Notes under the pieces: generated by a model
The model's database searches: none
Seen by the model: only the letters and a program-made list of their open reading frames with translations
Told to the model about the DNA's origin: nothing
Part shown: piece after piece, positions 1 to 12,405 of the stretch
Layout: each line of letters opens with the position of its first letter
How positions within the stretch are numbered: the first letter of the stretch is position 1
Position numbers and translations under genes: made by a program
DNA from: Mobula hypostoma
Lineage: Eukaryota
Direction of reading: 5' to 3'
Assembly: GCF_963921235.1 (NCBI RefSeq)
Contig: NC_086097.1
Location: 91,266,001 to 91,330,000, forward strand
Length of the DNA: 64,000 bases

Positions 1-387
1 TTGTTCAGCGGGAGATGAAGAGAGGAGACACCGGAGAGAGCCGGTTGTAGGATTCGACCCAGCGGGGGACCGTGATTCGATGGAGCAAGGTGCTGTGCTT
101 ACTGAAGATCGGTGAATATGTGTGACTTTTTGAGCTCCACTTGTGCACACTTGACTGTTTAATTATGAACACTTTAGTTAAGTTAAGGGTCATAAATATA
201 ATTCCTTTAATCAATGCACTGTGCTGTCTGTTGTTTCTTGGCACTGTGTTGTAACAGGGTAACAAATTACCCAGCATCCACACAAACCGCGTTTGGGGTG
301 GGAGAGCCGTCTCAATCTCACGGGTTTGGCGGGACTGGAGAATATCTTCCCAAGACATGCACAACCAAGGAAACCAGCGGGGTTTCA
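1..387 (+). mobile_element. 3' part of a Gypsy LTR related to the LTRs at 6828-7396 and 12406-13716 (cut by window edge)
   Basis: Shares ordered blocks with those LTRs (GATGAAGAGAG, GAGCTCCA..GTGCACA, GTTGTAACAGGG, CAGCATCCACA) and ends ...GGGGTTTCA, matching their GGGTTACA end. Confidence 0.7.
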
Positions 388-599
388 AATTATTTTGACA
401 GAACTCACTGGAGCAAAGAATAAAATAGATACTTAATTCAAATCCATTCCATCACCGGGGTTAACATCATGCTGGCACTGCTATCAATAGGCATTCTGAT
501 ATTTTTTCTGCTAATGACATGCTAAGCCAGAGACCATTCTCAAACCAGTAGCTATTTATTATGTAAATTGCCTGGCTTACAGAAAGAGCAGGAGGAGGC

Positions 600-1097
600 T
601 TGGTGTCTGGGTCACCTCGTTTGAATCAATCAGAAATAAAAAGAACAAAAAGCACGAGGCTAAGGGCAAAAGCCATAGAACAATGCTGGTTGTGGCCCTG
701 GACCAGAACCAATAACAAGGTGACCCAGATAGATCAGGCGACCTCAAGCCAACAAGATGGAAATGAGATATTTGAACAGATAAGAACTGATAGGGAGTTT
801 CGAATATAATGGAATTCTAACTCTCCAGAGACTGACCATCACAGATATGGAGTATTCCTCAGACTCCTGGAGATTAGATCAGGAACATGAGGAACACCTG
901 GCCATTGTAGACTCGTTTCCGGGTATTACCTTTCTATTCTTTGACTGTTCATAGAGGGCCTGGGGAATTTAGTAGGTGTGCACACAGGGATTTGGTTGTG
1001 TGTATTTAGTTGAGACAATAAAGGTTACTTGTCAGTAAATACAGATTTTCTCAGTGTCTAACTGATCATTATCATTAAGGGATAAACCCTTGTAACA
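600..1097 (+). mobile_element. Possible solo LTR remnant (5' boundary uncertain)
   Basis: AATAAA at 1017-1022 followed about 70 nt later by a TGTAACA terminus; no TSD identified. Confidence 0.3.
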
Positions 1098-2024
1098 AGC
1101 CCCTGCAACATGAAAAGATCCAATTAAATTATTTTAAATAAGATTTTCTGAACTGGAAGATATAAATCCCATCCTTGATCACAGGAAGCATGTTATAATT
1201 CTTGAGCGGTTCCAGGAGAAATCAGTGAAGATGATATGAAGTACCAGGAATCCTAAAATGTCACAATGAAGGAATAAGCCATTTGTCCTATTGAGCCTTA
1301 CTGATCTTTCTCCAATTTGACCCAGTGTTCTGTTGCCACTCCCTCTGTTACAATAATCCTAACCCTCAGACAAATATCAAAACCTTAATGAATGAAATTT
1401 ATCAACTATTTCAACAGAGTTTTGTGCCTAGCAGTTTGAAAGCCCTCCTCTAGTTTGCAACATAACACCTGCACCCAACCTTTGCCCTTGTATCAAAGCT
1501 GCAACGTAGAGAGAACATGCAGATGCAATTTGCCAATATTCCTTCAATGGTCTCTCTTAAGCCCTTTCTAATTAGAAGAAGTAGATGGTTGGCTGGGTGT
1601 GCATAGAGTGCATCCCTGTCCCCTTCCTCTCTCCAGGTCACAGATACTGCAAGTCCCTTCTTGTAATCTCTGATATTTCTTCATCATGGTGTGTAAAGAT
1701 AGATGATTATTGGATTTCACTGGCCTCACCATTATCATTATGGAATCATAGTGCCTCTTCCCCAAAAGAGTCAATAACCTTAATGACCTCATTAAGGGAA
1801 ATATTGCTCTATTACCATAACGGCGAGGCTTGTGAAATTTGATGGCCATTTATTTTTAGGAATAAGCTGCCATTAACTTATTCTGCTGTTGTTTCAAGGC
1901 CAATTGCAGAATGCTACGTAATTATACTTGGTGATGGGGCTGTCATTGGAAACGTTTCATCTTGCTGCTTTTTATGTTGGGGACTACCTGAGGATAACTG
2001 ACAGAAAGTAATTAATCACTGGCA

Positions 2025-2830
2025 ATTAGTTTATTGTTGTCACATGTACTGAAATACATTGAAAAGATTTTGTCTGCATTCCATCCAAACAGATCATTCC
2101 ATCCATATGTGCATCAAGGTAGCACAAATGGAAAATAAATGCAGAATATAATGTTACAGTCACAGAGAAAATGCAGCACAGCAGACAGATAAAGTGTAAT
2201 GCCCACAACAAGATGGATTGAGAGATCAAGAGACCATCCTTAACATACAAGAGATCTGTTTAAGAGTCTTTTAACAGTGGAATAGAAGCTGTCGTTGAGT
2301 CTGGTGATACAAGTTCTCTTGGTATTTCCTGCCTGATAGAATGGGGGAGAAAAAAAATAAACAAGGTGGTTATCATGGTTCACAGCTTTACTGAGGTACT
2401 GCGAAGTGTAGACTGGGTCAATGGAGAGGTGGCTGTTTTTTTGTTTTGTGTGTGATGGAATGGCTGGTGTTTGCAACTCTCTAATTTCTTTTGGTCCCAG
2501 GTAGAGCAGCTGCCATACCAAGGTGTAACACATCTGGGTAGGATGCTTCCTATGATGATTCAGGAAAAGTTGGTGAGAGTCTTCAAGGACACGCCGAAGT
2601 TTCTTAGCCATCTGGGGAAGTAGAGGCACTGGTGCAATTTATTGGCAGTAGCATCTACGTGGCTGGACTAAGGCAAATCTTGACGATATTTACACTTAGG
2701 AACTTGAGCTCCTAACCATCTATGCCACTGCACCATTGATAGAGACAAAGGCATGTGCTCTGCTCTGCTTCCTGAAATCAATATCCAGCTCTTTTGTTTT
2801 GCTGATATTAAGTGAGAGGTTCTAGCTGTG
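2025..2830 (-). mobile_element. Degenerate Rex1/Babar-type LINE 3' fragment
   Basis: Similar to the other copies (AGTGGAATAGAAGCTGTC..GAGTCTGGTG; KLRR motif in ORF 2240-2629); poly(A) signal read as TTTATT at the left end. Confidence 0.65.
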
Positions 2831-2959
2831 CCACTCTTCAAGATCTGGGGAAATATCTTTCCCTTTCCCTTTGACAGAGCAGCAAGGACTCCCCCATCTT
2901 CACCTTCCTGCTCTGCATCAACCACAACATAGGTATGTCACAGTCAGACAAATAACCTA

Positions 2960-3325
2960 CAATAACACACACAAAATGCTGGAGGAACTCAGCAGGTCAG
3001 GCAGCATCTATGGAAATTAATATACAGCCGATGTTTCAGGCCGAGACCCTTCATCAGGACTGTGAAGGAATGGGAGGGATGCGTATATAAAAAGGAAGGA
3101 GGCTAGCTGGAAGGTGATAGGTGAAACCAGGTGATGGGAAAGGTCAAGGGCTGGAGAGCAAGGAATCCAATAGGAGAGGAGAGTGGACCTTCGGAGCAAG
3201 GGAAGAAGGAGGAGATCCAGGGGGAATTGATAGGCAGGTGAGAAGAGGTAAAAGGTCAGAGTGGGAAATAGAGGAAATGGGGAGGGCCAAGGGAACTTAT
3301 TTTACCAGAAGGAGGAATCATTGCG
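2960..3325 (-). mobile_element. Penelope-like element 3' terminus (pLTR) with hammerhead motif
   Basis: Minus strand CAGTC-CTGATGA-AGGGTCTCGGCCT-GAAACATC-GGCTG, followed by the recurrent tail GATGCTGCCTGACCTGCTGAGTTCCTCCAGCATTTTGTG. Confidence 0.75.
3025..3062 (-). ncRNA. Minimal type I hammerhead ribozyme motif (degenerate copy)
   Basis: Stem I CAGUC/GGCUG, core CUGAUGA and GAAA, short stem II, AUC triplet. Confidence 0.65.
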
Positions 3326-4283
3326 TGGGAGGTGATGGCTCACTTTCCTTTAAATGTAACTACACTCTTTGCCTCAAGCAATCCTTTCACTTCCACTTTC
3401 CACTTTCTCAACACTCACTGGCTGAAGAAGTTTCTCCTGGATTCTTTATTGGATGTACTATTGACTACCTTATTTGTTGAGCCAGGCTTTGGACTCAGCA
3501 TGAGAAAGAGGCTTCTTTACACCTAGCCTCATAGCATTGAAGACCACAACCAAGTCACCTGTCTCTTTCCTCTGCAAAGAAAAGAATCCTAGCTTTTTAA
3601 GCTTTTCTAGCCAGTTAATTGCATTCCCTCATTTCTGGTATCTTTTCCACGAAAAACTTTAAAACACTTCAGAAGTTGTGAAATATTCCAGCATCTCCTG
3701 AAATCACGAATAGAGGCAAATAACTGCAGGTCTTTCTACTCAACACTAAGATATGCAGCATTCAGTCGTCACTGTCTCTTGCCAAAGGAACACTAGAAAG
3801 GAAAGATACTCTATTATAAATGGAATTTCGAACACAGCAAGAGAATGAAAGGGAATATTATATTCATCATGATTATGAAGTTAGTTATTTGTGTCTGCTT
3901 TGTATAAATCCGTCTCCTCCAATTACTCTTTGTATCCTTTGTATGCCTCCTTAACATCCTGTCAGTTCACAACTCATCCTCTGAGCATCTAAGGGAATAC
4001 ATTTCACGAAATGACTCAGAGTATTTGCAGAGACCTAACCACCAAATGTTTTAATAAGAAGCAAAACAAGTCCTCTGTGTAAACAGACTGCATTAGTGAT
4101 AGGAGTCGTATCTCATTAACCATATTTACTACCCACGGTCAGTAAACATTACAGAAAGAATAAGCTACAAGCAGGGCTAGTTATGGCCCATACAAGATGC
4201 ATGACCCATTAGTGCTCGGTAAGGCCATACAGCATATTGTACTTCCTGGTATTCCTCTCATTAAAAAAAAGATTTAAAAAAGC

Positions 4284-4345
4284 ATCAGCTATGATTGAAT
4301 AACGGAGAAGACTCGATGGGCCAGATGGTCTAATTCTGCTCCTAT
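4284..4345 (+). mobile_element. CR1 LINE 3' tail fragment
   Basis: GACTCGATGGGCCAGATGGTCTAATTCTGCTCCTATG followed by (TCTTATGG)n; same tail as 34440-34500 and 42090-42160. Confidence 0.75.
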
Positions 4346-5040
4346 GTCTTATGGTCTTATGGTCATATCACAGAATGATTTTGACTTCAAGATATTTTGC
4401 TTATGTCCAGGGAGTGTCCAGCAACGAAGAAACCATCAAATGGTTTTTCACACAAATGAAAATCAGTTCTGATTTGATATGTCTCATTTGAATTACAAAG
4501 GCTACTATTGACACTCCAATGGTGCTCAGTGGTATTTATCTTTGCCAAAGCCCTCTCCAACAAGATTCAAGTCAATGTCTTTGACTGGAAACAAATGAAT
4601 CAGATGTAAAAATGTTATGGATATACACTACTTGAATGCTGACTCTTTTAATGATCCCTAGTTCCTAACTCACCAATAACTCTCTGCTTGAAATAGTTTG
4701 TATGCCATTTTTCAAAGTATTGTATGACAGTTAGTGATTCCAATAGTCAATTATTTAGTCATAGTCCACTGAAGTCTGGTATTAAATAATGTATGTTCTG
4801 CTATGAATTAGGAAAGGAACAATTTCACGGAAAGATGCATAGGTGAAGAGCAAAGATAGCAATTTGACAATTCAGTATTAAATAAAGATGCAAGGACTGC
4901 ATTGTACACGTATGATCTAACCTAATTTTTACCAAGAGCAGTGTGAACCTGAACTGAAGCTTGGTATTAGTGTCTTGTTGTTCAAGCATAGCTCCGTATC
5001 TTCATTTAGTACAGTTCCAGCAAAAGAGTTTGCATTGGTT

Positions 5041-5230
5041 ACTGAAGCATCCTGACAGGGAAAGTGTAGATTTGTGTGTTGATACAGGTTTAAGGTGAAG
5101 AGTTCATATCGGTCAGTGAAGCATTATGGAAAGTGTGGAGTTGTGTGTTGATACAGGTTTAAGGTGAAGAGTTAGTATTGGTCAGTGAAGCATTGTGGAA
5201 AGTGTAGAGTTGTGTATTGATGCAGATTTA
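5041..5230. repeat. 69-bp tandem repeat, about 2.7 copies
   Basis: AGTGAAGCAT at 5115 and 5184; TTGTGTGTTGATACAGGTTTAAGGTGAAGAGTT repeated. Confidence 0.85.
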
Positions 5231-5455
5231 CGTGTTGTAAACCTTTAGAGAGGGATTTCTGAAGTGGGATAGACTACCTTAGATTTTCAAGCAAAACACT
5301 GAAGATATTTAAATCTGTAAACAGAAGTGAGTAAGGTTTTAGCTTACAAGGATATTGGAAAATATCAATAAGGCTTTTGCAGACAAATGTCAAATCAGCA
5401 GTATATTAACTAGAGCTACATATCAAAAGACACCTGGTTCTGGCAGCGTACAGCA

Positions 5456-5690
5456 TTGAACACTGCTCTATACTACTTACGTTCTCTATGTATTAACATT
5501 ATTCACTTCCTTCTCCCTCGGGATATGAACACTGTTGTATACTTCCTGCCCATCTATATGAACACTGTTGTATACTTCCTGCCCATCTATATGAACACTG
5601 TTGTATACTTCCTGCCCATCTATATGAAGACTGTTGTATACCTCCTGCTCACTCTATATGTGTTCAATACCTCCTGTATCTATATATTAA
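5456..5690 (+). repeat. 33-bp minisatellite (TATGAACACTGTTGTATACTTCCTGCCCATCTA)
   Basis: Identical units at 5524, 5557 and 5590, a variant at 5623, and degenerate flanking units. Confidence 0.9.
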
Positions 5691-5691
5691 T

Positions 5692-6320
5692 ATTGATTGA
5701 ATTGAATTGACTTTATTTCTTACATCCTTCACATACATGAGGAGTAAAAATCTTTACATTACGTCTCCATCTAAATGTGTAATGAGCAATCATAGTAATT
5801 TGTAATAATTTATAATAAATAGAACAGTTAATGTAATATAGAGTACACTCAAATCAGCATGAGTTCATCAGTCTGATGGCCTGGTTGAGGAAGTTGTCCA
5901 AGAGCCTGTTGGTCCTGGCTTTTATGCTGTTGTACTGCTTCCCAGATGGTAGTAGCTGGAATAGATTATGGTTGGGATGGCTTAGGTCCCCAGTGGTGCT
6001 ATGGCCCTTTCTACACATCTGTCTTTGTAAATGTCCTGAATCATGGGAATTTCACAATTACAGATGCGCTGGGTTGTCCACACCACTCTCTGCAGAGTGC
6101 TGAGATTAAGGGAGGTACAGTTCCCATACCAGGCAGTGATGCAGCCAGTCAGGATGCTCTCAATTGTGTCCCAATAGAAAGTTCTTAGGATTTTGGGGCC
6201 CATACCAAACTTCCTTAACCGTCTGAGGTGAAAGAGGCACTGTTGTGGCTTTTTCACCACACAGCTGGTGTGCACAGACCGCGAGGTCCTTGGTGATATG
6301 GATGCCAAGCAAATGTACAT
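5692..6320 (-). mobile_element. Rex1/Babar-type LINE 3' fragment inserted in the minisatellite
   Basis: ORF 5982-6344 has KKPQQCLFHLRRLRKFG..TIESILTGCITAWYGNC (RT C-terminal region); (TCAAT)n tail. Confidence 0.85.
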
Positions 6321-6334
6321 CCTGCTTTTTCCAT

Positions 6335-6530
6335 ATGTTAACACTTTTGAATACTTACCGCTCTCTCTATATTAATGCTGTTATATATTTCCTGCCATAT
6401 TCTGACACTGTATAACTTTCTATTCTCTCTATAAATTAACACCATTGGATACTGCCTGCTCACTTGATATATTAACATTGTGACATATGTCTTGCTCTAT
6501 AATATTAACACTGTTGTACGTATCCTGCAA
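6335..6530 (+). repeat. Degenerate continuation of the 33-bp minisatellite
   Basis: Recurrent (T)ATTAACACTG-like cores at roughly 33-bp spacing. Confidence 0.7.
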
Positions 6531-6827
6531 TGCATATGGTTCATATAGATCAAACCATTACATAGTGCATTGAGGAAGGACAAGGTAAAACAATAACAAT
6601 ACAGAATAAATGCAGTGTGGGTACTCTCCTCGTCCTGGTGAGTAAATGCAGTCACCTCAGTTGCTCGTGGCTGTGAACTCACTTTTGGGGTCTCTGCAGT
6701 TCGGTTCTTTTCTTTCACACATCTGATGGTCTTGTTGTGTGGGTTTTCCGTTTCAACGGGTTCTATGGTGTTTCTTTGTTTTGTAGCTGCCTACAAGAAG
6801 ACAAATCTCAAGGCTGTATCCTGTGTA

Positions 6828-7396
6828 TATAATGCTCGGTAAGGTTTCACTCCTGATGTAATGGTTTCTCTGTAAGGTTTCATTGGTAATATTATGATTT
6901 CTCTGTAGCAGCAGTGTTTGGGTTATGACTAGAGATAACGGGGGCTTTGGAATGTGCGCCATCCAATGAGGGGAGTGTTGTTTCTTTCTTGTGTGTATTC
7001 GTGGTCTTTTATCAGCGAGCAATGAAGAGAGAAGACATGAGAGGAGTGAGAGGATGGAGTGGACTTGGAGTGAAGGTCCGAGAGGTGATGACACTCGGAG
7101 GAAATTGACGGCGAGCTGAAGGATGGAAAACCGTGAGCTCCAACGTGCACAGCAGTCTGTTTCATTAAAATGGGCCCCTTTTCTTTTTGTTTTCTTTATT
7201 AACCCTATAGTCAAATTAAGAATTGTAAAGCTCAATTGTTTAATTGCATCTAGTGTACTGTCTGATATTTCATGGTGCTGAGTTGTAACAGGGGAACACA
7301 TCACGCAGCATCCACATAAACGAGATTTCATCAGTCTGGTGGGTCAGAGACTGTCTTCCCCTCGACTAATGCAGCCAGCCGAACCTGACGATTACA
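6828..7396 (+). repeat. 5' LTR
   Basis: TATAAT (from TGTAAC) ... GATTACA; colinear with the 3' LTR. Confidence 0.9.
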
Positions 7397-7400
7397 ATTG

Positions 7401-7420
7401 TGGGGATATCGCTCCAGGAT
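7401..7420 (+). promoter_or_regulatory. Degenerate primer-binding site, tRNA-Pro type
   Basis: TGGGGATATCGCTCCAGGAT versus the tRNA-Pro PBS TGGGGGCTCGTCCGGGAT, just downstream of the LTR. Confidence 0.65.
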
Positions 7421-7492
7421 TGATTCCATTGGATGGTGTGTGATTGCCCTGAGCATTGAACCAGTGGGTTGTGTGTTTAAGTCTGTGCTGGT

Positions 7493-8670
7493 ATGGATGT
7501 CGCCGAGGTGGAGCCGTGGTGTTTCTCCATGGGGTTACCAGTAAGTAATGCAAGCGTGTCGAGTGGGGTAGATATTCGTACTCCCAATGAATTGTTAATT
7601 CGACTTTTAAGTACTGTTAAAGTTGTTGGCAAAGTTACTATTGCAGGATGGAGGCTTGACAAAATGGCAATCACAGACCTCATTTTACTGTAGACTAGCA
7701 CTGACATAATGGCAGTAGCACTGCCTGCTACTGTTGGTGCCACAGGGGAGTCGGGGCCATGGACTGTCCATACTGCCAGAGAGGAGGGGAGTGTAGCGGA
7801 GCGGGCCAAATCAGAAGTCGAATTTCCCGTAACTGGGGGTGGAAACTTCAAAGACAGGTTTCTATTGTTTCTGAGGAATGAGAGGAATGAGTGGTCAGAT
7901 TTGGAATGTCTAATTAGTCCCCGTCCCCCAGTGAAGAGCGAGAGTTCTGAGTTGACATCAGCCCTTATGTCTCTGGTGAATAAGTTGCCCAGTTCACAGG
8001 CAGAGGGTCCCCACTGGAAGCTAAGAATATTCTCTGGAATTACGCCCACCCCCGAGGGGGAAGAGGAGCATGAGACTTGGGTGGAGCAGACCTCTCAGTT
8101 GCTAGATGGGTGGCAGTGCTCGGATGATATAAAGCGACAGAGGTTGGTTGAGAGTTTGAGGGGGCAGGCTGCTGAAGTGGTGAAAGCTGTGAAGTCCTGG
8201 TACCCACTAGCCAAAGCTGCCGATTACATAGAGCATTGGAGAATGCATTTGGCACGAAAGGGAGCCCAATAGAGCTCATGGCAGGGTTTCAGAACATGTG
8301 GCAGGAAAAGGGGGAGAAGCTTTCTGCTTACATTTTTCAACGAGAGAGGCAGCTAGGTTGCTTGCGATGCAGAGGGGTCATTCAAGCAGCTGAAGTGGAT
8401 CAGTTAAGAATAGACCAGATAGCGAAGGGTGCCCAGTCCCAGGACCTGATTGCTTGGGGCCTCCGACTGTCTTGTAAGACACACCCCCATCTCTCTTTTG
8501 TTGAACTGATCAGAGAGGTATGGGAGGAGGAGAACACATTGGAGGCACAGGAAGGCTCTGTCATCAGGGTACAGTCCTTGGTAGTAGCCCCTTGTGGTGA
8601 AGTGACCACAGCTATCCCAACCCGGGGGTGGGGGTGGTAAAGGAGATTGTGGCAGAGTTGAGAACTGAGA
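7493..8670 (+). pseudogene. PNMA-like (paraneoplastic Ma-type) Gypsy gag, with stops and frameshifts
   Basis: KLRIFSGITPTPEGEEEHETWVEQT..KRQRLVESLRGQA and QEKGEKLSAYI motifs split over ORFs 7493, 7709 and 8236. Confidence 0.85.
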
Positions 8671-8869
8671 TGTCCCGGATCTTATCAGTAGGCGAGCAAG
8701 CAAGCAGGATGGCAGTGATTTTCAGGAACGCTGCGAAGAGGGAGGTCACTTTCAGGCAGGGGATGCCCCTGGTGCATCGGTTCCTGGTGACAGTAATGTC
8801 TAGCGTCCTGGTGAGACAAGCCAAGGAGAACCCCTCTGTAAAGAGGAACAAGTTGACCACTGAGTTGTT

Positions 8870-11780
8870 CAACTTCAGGGACTCCCCGGTTCCTGCGTAT
8901 TGGAAGAGGAGGTTGATAGAGAAGATGTTGAAGCTGGAAGGTGTCTTTTCCACTGACGAGTTTGATGTTGGTTGTTCCAAAAAGTACTCGTCACACTATC
9001 CTGGTGACAGAGAACACCCCATTCAGAGAGAGGTCGCAGCGACTGGCCCCTGCAGAGGTGGAGGATGTTCGGCAGCATTTGTGCAAGTTGAAGGAAGCTG
9101 GGATCATCACCAAGTCCTGAAGCCCCTATGCATCTACAATAGTAGTGGCCTGAAAGAAGAAAGGGAAGGTACAGATGTGTGTGGACTATGGGACTCTGAA
9201 CAGGTGTACTGTCCCCGACCAGTATACGATCCTGAGGATTGAAGACACTCTGGTCAGTCTGAATGGTGCTAAGTGGTTCCGTGTGCTGGACTTGAGGAGT
9301 GGGTATTACTGGATCCCCATGAGTGAGGCTGACAAAAAGAAGACCACATTTATATGTCCACTGGGTTTCTTCCAGTTCGAAAGGATGCCCCGGGGCATAT
9401 CGGGAGCCCCTGCAACCTGTCCAGCAGGTCATGGACAAAGCGGCGGGGGATATGAACTTGCCTGAGGTATTGGTGTATCTGGATGACCTCATAGTATTTT
9501 GGTTCACCTTGGAAGTACATGAAACGAGGCTACTGAATGTGCTGGGCCACCTGACAGCTGAAGGGTTAAAACTTTCCCTGGACAACTGCTAGATCTGCAA
9601 GACATCTGTTAGCTATATTGGCACATAGGCTCACGGATGGAGTAGTTACAGATCCATCTAAGATAGAGGTGGTGATCACCTGGAGAAGACACCAGACTGT
9701 GAGAGCTTCCCGCTCGTTCCTCGGGTTCTGTGGTTACTGAGGGGCTACGCAAAAGTGAGTCACCAGCTGAATCAGCTTCTGTGTGGTTACCCTCCCTTGG
9801 GGAAGAAAGGGAGGACCACAAAAGGAGAGGAGTGTAAAGAATATCTTAGCCCTTCAGAGCCTCTTGGACTGAGGTGGGATGCAAAGTGTGAAAAGGCCTT
9901 TCAGTCACTGAGGGAGATGCTGACCCAGGCGCCTGTGCTGGCTTTTTCAGACTCCTAATTGCCGTATGTACTGCATATGGATGCCAGCAGGGAGGGCTTA
10001 AGGGGTGCCCTGTATGAGGATCAGAGCACTGGGTTGAGACCTGTTGTGTTTGTCAGCTGGAGTCTGTCGCCCTCTGAGGAAAACTATCCCACGCACAAGC
10101 TGGAGTTTCTGTTGTTGAAATGGGCGGTGGTGGACAAACTGAGTGACTACTTCTATGGTGCCAAGTTTGAGGTGAGGACGGATAGCAATCCCCTAACTTA
10201 TATTCTGACCTCAGTGAAATTGGATACCACAGGCCATTGGTAGTTGGCAGCGTTGTCTGCCTATGATTTCAGCCTGAAGTACCGGCCAGGAAGCAGGAAC
10301 TTTGATGCTGATGCTTTGTCCTGACTTGAGCATGAGGGACTGGACAGGGACGAGGAGTGAGAGAGCATTCCTGCCCCAGGGGTGAAGGCCATGTGTCAGT
10401 TTTCCATCACAGTGAAGCCAAACAGAAAGCAGGGGTAGGATCAAGCAGTAGATCAATTGGGAGCTTCAAATGGCACCATTCCACAAGTGTACCCTGATGA
10501 CTCCTCTGAAGACAAACCAGTTACTGGAATTGAGTCCTGGGGAAGTGGCAGCTGCTCAGCGAGATGACCCAGGTTTCAGTACCGTTTAGTCAGCGGTCGA
10601 AAAGGGAAACATGGCTCAGGCAGAGAAGTCGAAACAGATGCAGTTCCTCCATTACTAAGAAAATGGCCCTGGTTGCAGTTGAGGAACCAGATTCTATACC
10701 AGGTCACGTCACCTCCAGGCCGAACTCGGCGTTCCCAGTTGGTTCTGCCAGAGAAGTATTGGAGGATTGTGTTGAAGTCACTTCATGATGATTCTGGACA
10801 TTTGGGGGTTGAAAAGACCGATGGATTGCTCAGAGACTGGTTTTACTGGCCCTGAATGAAGCCCAAGGTCGAAGAACACTGCAAGACGTGCATTCGATGC
10901 ATACAGAGGAAGACACTGCCTATGCGGGCAGCTCCCTTGACCCACTTGCAGAGTGTGGGGCCCCTGGACCGGGTGTGTATGGATTTCCTGTCAATAGAGC
11001 CAGATGCCAGCAACATGGCGAATGTCTTAGTCATCACAGACCACGACACCAGATATGCACAGGCTTTCCCTACCAAGGACCAGAGGATGTCCACTGTGGC
11101 AAAAGTGTTATGGGAGAAGTATTTCATTTATTATGGCCTCCCCAGTTGGATACATAGTGATCAGAGATGGGATTTCGAGAGCAGGGTCATCCATGAGTTC
11201 CTGAGCATGCTTGGAGTTGAGAAGTCGAGGACTACTCCCTATCATCCACACGGTGATCCCAGCCCGAGATGTTTAATCGGACCTTGCTAGACATGCTCAG
11301 GACCCTGGATATCAGCAGGAATAGCAGGTAGAGTCAACATATTGGACATCTAGTCCACTAATACAACTGTACCCGAAATGAAGCTACTGGGTACTCGCCA
11401 TATTATCTGATGTTTGGGCGCGAGGCGAGGTTGCCCATTGACCTTTGTTTTGGGACTGACAAGGTCAATCTGTCACTGAAGACTCATCTGTATTATGTGT
11501 CTGATATGAGAATGAGCTGAAAAAGGCTTATAAACTAGCTGGGGCCGCAGCTACCAAGCAGGGTCAAGGAAATAAAAGGAGGTATGATCAAAAGGTGAGG
11601 CACTCCCAACTCCTGCCGGAAGACAGAGTCCTCATAAGAAACTTGGGGCTAACTGGAAAGTGTAAGTTGGCCGACTGCTGGGCAGCCACACCCTATGTGG
11701 TGGAGAGTCTGTTGCCAAACATACCAGTTTCCCGGGTGAAACAAAAGGATGAGAATGGGCCTGTCAAGATTCTCCATTGG
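8870..11780 (+). pseudogene. Gypsy pol (RT, RNase H, integrase), multiply disrupted
   Basis: MCVDY..LDLRSGY..FERMP; YLDD at 9476-9487; RNase H LHMDASREGL and NYPTHKLEFL; integrase LHDDSGHLG, CKTCIRC, CMDF, HSDQ, TTPYHP. Confidence 0.92.
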
Positions 11781-12395
11781 AACCACCCTCAGCCTCTGGG
11801 ACCCAGAGCCCGAGCTGGAGCCTACACCTAGTAAGAGGACTCTGCGGTGGCGGGGGGGAGGGTGGGAACTGAAGGACCAACAGCAGGGGAGACTAAGCTG
11901 GGCCTCGCCCCCGAGAGGGATAGTGATTCGGAGGATGAGGACATGGAGGTGTGGTATAGGCTGCCTTTTGCTAACTCTCCACTGATTGAGGAAGAGACTC
12001 CCAGCACTTCTCACGCTGAGTCAGGTGAAATCAGAGGGCTTTTGGTGGACAGCCCAGGTTGCAGCGGGACCCTGCAAGTGATGAAGCAGGGCTTAGCCAG
12101 GGGACAGAGTGGTCAGAGTTGCAGGTAGGCACGAGTGATAGGCCAGGGGTGACATCGCCAAGTAGACCAGAAGTATCCCCAGTAGTGCTGGAACATGAAG
12201 AGGTAGATGAAGGGGAATGGAGGTCACAGAGACCACCGGATAGGCTGGCCTATGTAGCACTGGGGGAACTGTGTGTGGCTCCTACCATTTTGGGGAGCTC
12301 TGTCACTGTCTTTGATACCTGGGTTGAACTTTGTGCTTTGCAGGAAGGGTTGGCGAATTATCTCAAAGTCATGAGAGCATGACTAAAGTTTGGTT

Positions 12396-12405
12396 GGGGG
12401 GAGAG
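12396..12405 (+). promoter_or_regulatory. Polypurine tract
   Basis: GGGGGGAGAG directly before the TGTAAC that starts the 3' LTR. Confidence 0.85.

Noticed and set aside
5456..5710. ORF with repeated MNTVVYFLPIY resembling a repeat protein, and the array resembling CRISPR
   Set aside because: It is the translation of a 33-bp tandem repeat; there are no unique spacers or cas genes, and the context is eukaryotic.
6753..7331. 192-aa minus-strand ORF
   Set aside because: Antisense to the 5' LTR with no protein motif; chance frame.
7709..8640. Host PNMA gene
   Set aside because: Frameshifted and embedded between LTRs with pol; it is a retrotransposon gag.
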